The notes beneath the pieces are model-generated. The model made no database searches. It saw only the letters and a program-made list of their open reading frames with translations, and was not told where the DNA came from. Both the position numbers and the translations under genes were made by a program. This document shows, one piece after another, positions 25,169 to 27,747 of a stretch of 27,747 nucleotides of DNA (the stretch's first letter is position 1; each line of letters starts with the position of its first letter). The stretch is taken from positions 1 through 27,747 of the IMG/VR virus record IMGVR_UViG_3300037751_000738; one strand, given 5' to 3'. Source of the stretch: a virus (lineage: Duplodnaviria > Caudoviricetes).

Positions 25169-26047
25169 TTAGCTTCTCCCTTCGTTGAGTTTGCGGGACT
25201 GCTCCTGCAGTTGCTGGCGGCGGTCTTCTTCGTTGACGGTTGCACCGCCGGGGATGCCCATGCCGTTGCCGATCACCGCGGCCATGTCGGCAAAAAACCT
25301 CTTGCCCTCGGCGACCTGGTTGGCGCTGGGCGGCGGGGCATCGAGCTTTTCGCGGCGGATCCGCGCGGGCATCTGGGCAAACATGGCCTTGGGCTCGGGC
25401 CACTTTTGCGCGGTCTTCAGCAGCCCGCTAAACCCTTGTTTAACGCGCGTTGCATCGAGGGTTTCGGAGTTGCAACCGGTGGCCAGAACGTGGTGCCAGA
25501 CGTCGGCGGTGAGGGTGATGGTGTCGGCCCCGGGGGCGCCGTCATAACCTCCGGCCAGGAGCGCGGAGAGACCGTCGGCGATGAGGGCGCGCAGCCAGTC
25601 GGTCTGCCCCCAGTCGGCCAGCGCGGCAATCCCCTGGGCGCGCTTGCCTTTGGCGACAACCAGGGCGGGCGACGCATGCGTCGCCCCTACGTTGGCGGGG
25701 GCGGCGGGCAGGGTCGATTCGAGCACGCGCTTGAGATAGTTGTGATTGGAGAGCGGCTTGCTCTGCCCCTGGTCGCGCTTGGAGCGCAGGGCCTCGACGG
25801 TTTCGCCGAGGGCGACGGCCAGGGCGCGGGGATCGGCGCCGAGGTCGAGGACTTCGCGGGCCAGCCGGACGGCGCGGTCGAAGGAAAGCGCCCGGGCTTT
25901 GCTGCGGAACAAACCGAGATAGGCCAGCAGCGGCCGGGAGAGCGGCCCGGCCTGAGTGAAGACGGCGAGCAGTTCGCCGGCGGCGTCGCCTTCGAGGGCG
26001 GCATCGAGGGGGAACTTGGCGTGGCAGCAGGGGCAGGTCAAATTCAT
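25169..26047 (-). CDS. Conserved Mu-like phage protein of unknown function with N-terminal CPCC motif
   Basis: MNLTCPCCHA, YLGLFR, PLSNHNYLKRVL; ATG overlaps the intI stop; stop abuts the mor start. Confidence 0.75.
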   Translation of the reverse strand: MNLTCPCCHAKFPLDAALEGDAAGELLAVFTQAGPLSRPLLAYLGLFRSKARALSFDRAVRLAREVLDLGADPRALAVALGETVEALRSKRDQGQSKPLSNHNYLKRVLESTLPAAPANVGATHASPALVVAKGKRAQGIAALADWGQTDWLRALIADGLSALLAGGYDGAPGADTITLTADVWHHVLATGCNSETLDATRVKQGFSGLLKTAQKWPEPKAMFAQMPARIRREKLDAPPPSANQVAEGKRFFADMAAVIGNGMGIPGGATVNEEDRRQQLQEQSRKLNEGRS

Positions 26048-27021
26048 GTGGCGGCAATTCTCCGGGTATCAAGGGGGCTGGCGACGGTGACCCGGGCCAG
26101 CAGGTGAAGATAGACCATGGTGGTGCGCACGTCCTTGTGCCCCATCAGCTCTTGCAGCCGCTTGAGTGCGACTTCGTGGGAGCCCTCGGCGTTTTCGAGC
26201 CAGTGGGTGGCAAAGGAGTGGCGGAAGGTGTGACAGCCTGCGGGGCGCGGCACACGGGCGGCGCGGATGCCGCGGCGAATGCGCTTCTGGACGGCGGTGT
26301 CGTGGATGTGGTGGAGGCGGCCGCGCCACTTGGGATCACGGGCGGCGGCGCTGGCAGGGAAGAGCCAGAACCACGACCAGGACAAGGGGGCGTCGGGGTA
26401 TTTGCGCTCGAGCGCGCCGGGCAACGAGACAGCCACCCCGTTACCGGCGTGGCGTTCATAGTCGAGGCGGATCTTGCGGAGGTGCTTTTCGAGCGGCGGC
26501 ACCAGCATCTCGGGGAGCGGCAGCATCCGGTCCTTGTCGCCTTTTCCGGAGCGCACCATAAGGGTGCGACGCTCGACGGAAAGGTCTTTGACGCGCAACT
26601 GGCAGACTTCGAAGAGGCGCAAGCCGCAGCCGTACATCAGTGCGCCCCAGAGCCAGGCCTCGCCGTCGAGATGATCGAGCACCGCCCAGGCTTCCTCGCG
26701 GGAGAAGACTTCGGGGAGACGCTGCGGCCGGTTGGAGCGCAGAAAGGAGAGGTCTGCGACCTCGACCCGCAAGGTGTTTTTGTAGAGGAAGATGAGTGCG
26801 CAAAGCGCCTGCTTCTGCGTGCTGGCGGCAACCGACTCCCGGCTGGCCAGCATGGTGAGAAATTTGCCGATGCGCTGCTCGCGGGAATCGGTCGGCGAGC
26901 AGCGAGGCAGGAAGTCGATAAAACGCTCCACCCAGTAGAGGTACACCTTCGCCGTCTTCGGGCTGCGGCGCTTGAGTGTCAAAACGTCGCGCATCGCCTG
27001 CAAAGTCTGGGTTTTATTCAT
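26044..27021 (-). CDS. intI: Integron integrase (IntI-type tyrosine recombinase)
   Basis: VAASTQKQAL, YGCGLR, GKGDKDR, IntI-specific insert SLPGALERKYP...WSWFWLFP, HTFRHSFATH, GHKDVRTTMVY, C-terminal SPLD; AAAGGAGG RBS. Confidence 0.93.
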   Translation of the reverse strand: MNKTQTLQAMRDVLTLKRRSPKTAKVYLYWVERFIDFLPRCSPTDSREQRIGKFLTMLASRESVAASTQKQALCALIFLYKNTLRVEVADLSFLRSNRPQRLPEVFSREEAWAVLDHLDGEAWLWGALMYGCGLRLFEVCQLRVKDLSVERRTLMVRSGKGDKDRMLPLPEMLVPPLEKHLRKIRLDYERHAGNGVAVSLPGALERKYPDAPLSWSWFWLFPASAAARDPKWRGRLHHIHDTAVQKRIRRGIRAARVPRPAGCHTFRHSFATHWLENAEGSHEVALKRLQELMGHKDVRTTMVYLHLLARVTVASPLDTRRIAAT

Positions 27022-27045
27022 GGTGGTCCTCCTTTCCTGGGTGGA

Positions 27046-27087
27046 GTTAAACAGCCATTGTGGCGGGGTAAGCTATGTTATAGCTGC
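27046..27087 (+). other. Putative attI site; crossover G|TT at 27077/27078
   Basis: GTTATAGCTGC (27077-27087) matches the reverse complement of GCAGCCATAAC at the first attC R'' 10/11; additional GTTAAAC at 27046; directly upstream of intI. Confidence 0.65.
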
Positions 27088-27354
27088 TACTCTTCGCCGT
27101 TGCCCATGCAGTGAATTTCGTACCCGAACGCCTGACACAAAGCGTGTTTTCTGGCGATTGCCCGTGCATCACTTTCGGTGATATAGAGTGCCACCTCTCC
27201 ATTGCTATCAACCATCGGCATCACCATTTTTCCATCCTGCGAATAAATCATGACGAAGTGTTTTCCACATGCAGACATTTCTACCTCCTTGGCCGCAGCC
27301 ATAACCATCGGTTCAAGCGGACGGTGAACCCGTCCGCCGCTTACCCTCAAGCCG
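27078..27354 (+). mobile_element. Integron gene cassette 1
   Basis: Bounded by the attI GTT and the attC1 R' G|TT; holds a single ORF. Confidence 0.75.
27087..27278 (-). CDS. Cassette 1 hypothetical protein (63 aa)
   Basis: AAGGAGG-5nt-ATG (MSACGKHF...); stop adjoins the attI core; lower GC than the phage backbone. Confidence 0.7.
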   Translation of the reverse strand: MSACGKHFVMIYSQDGKMVMPMVDSNGEVALYITESDARAIARKHALCQAFGYEIHCMGNGEE

Positions 27355-27360
27355 TTATCT
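27299..27360 (+). other. attC site 1
   Basis: R'' CCATAAC, 5-nt spacer, L'' GTTCAAGC, central stem GGACGG/CCGTCC, L' GCTTACC, R' GTTATCT; architecture like the aadA-type attC. Confidence 0.85.
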
Positions 27361-27642
27361 GCTCACAGCTTCTTGAAAAGCGTCAGCCGCAGCATTCATT
27401 TCCTCATCCGTCCCGGTCTTTATCATGTCTGCAAATTTCGAGTGCCAGAATGAAGGCTGCCAGCATTTCATTTCCTTTTTAAACGGGAATGATTTTAGAT
27501 ATTGGTATTGTTCAAACCTGTCACAGCACGGCCAGGATACTACGAACTCGGGAAAGTTCCCGTCATCGTTCGAACCGATCAACTCGCAAGTCGAACAGTT
27601 CGCTTTTTCGATGCCAGTTTTTTCTTTAATTCCTTCGTGCAT
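27355..27642 (-). CDS. Cassette 2 hypothetical Cys-rich protein (95 aa)
   Basis: GGAGG-6nt-ATG (MHEGIKEK...); CSTC...CC...C; TAA lies within the attC1 R' core; low GC. Confidence 0.72.
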   Translation of the reverse strand: MHEGIKEKTGIEKANCSTCELIGSNDDGNFPEFVVSWPCCDRFEQYQYLKSFPFKKEMKCWQPSFWHSKFADMIKTGTDEEMNAAADAFQEAVSR

Positions 27643-27655
27643 ATTCAACCTCCGC

Positions 27656-27747
27656 AGATAACAAGGCGCTTCAAGGGACGCCTTCGGCGTCCGGGGTTCT
27701 CGATAAATTCGGTGATACTCAAGGGCCGGTGCGGCGCCCCTGAGCTT
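27656..27747 (+). other. attC site 2 (R' lies just beyond the window)
   Basis: R'' AGATAAC, spacer AAGGC, then GCTTCAAGGGACGCC pairs with GGCGCCCCTGAGC leaving two unpaired bases and one mismatch. Confidence 0.75.

Larger units (their letters stand above)
117..27747 (-). mobile_element. Mu-like (transposable, contractile-tailed) prophage, right portion; continues beyond the window
   Basis: Mu-like gene order (mor, lysis, gp25-gp49 equivalents), all on the minus strand with overlapping start/stop codons; TG terminus candidate at 117. Confidence 0.93.
27355..27747 (+). mobile_element. Integron gene cassette 2 (attC truncated by window end)
   Basis: GTTATCTGC (27354-27362) and GCAGATAAC (27654-27662) are perfectly complementary and flank a single ORF. 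Confidence 0.75.

Noticed and set aside
27038-27054. CTGG...ACAG as a LexA box upstream of intI
   Set aside because: Spacer is 10 nt rather than 8 and the left half is imperfect
27111-27661. + strand ORFs 27111-27482 and 27425-27661 as the cassette genes
   Set aside because: No SD; the first runs through attC1; the minus-strand ORFs have strong SDs and fill the cassettes

Overview
Nearly the whole window (about 117-27747) is the right-hand part of a GC-rich Mu-like transposable prophage encoded on the minus strand. Read right to left it carries a Mor-family activator, a lysis cluster, terminase, portal and head genes, a contractile tail, a baseplate, two tandem tail-fibre paralogs and a low-GC beta-helix tailspike. 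It ends at a probable TG terminus at 117, about 100 bp downstream of a host tRNA 3' end and its terminator. The standout feature is an integron built into the phage early/middle region. It has an IntI-type integrase (26044-27021) translationally coupled to the next phage gene, an attI-like crossover at 27077, and at least two cassettes with attC sites (27299-27360, and 27656 to the window edge). The cassette ORFs are inverted relative to attC, so they are co-oriented with phage transcription. Other notable points are a duplicated promoter/terminator/late-promoter module, signal-peptide-like leaders on the capsid and tailspike, a holin-lipoprotein fusion, and the Mu-type -2 frameshift. All family assignments come from motif recognition and synteny, not database searches.
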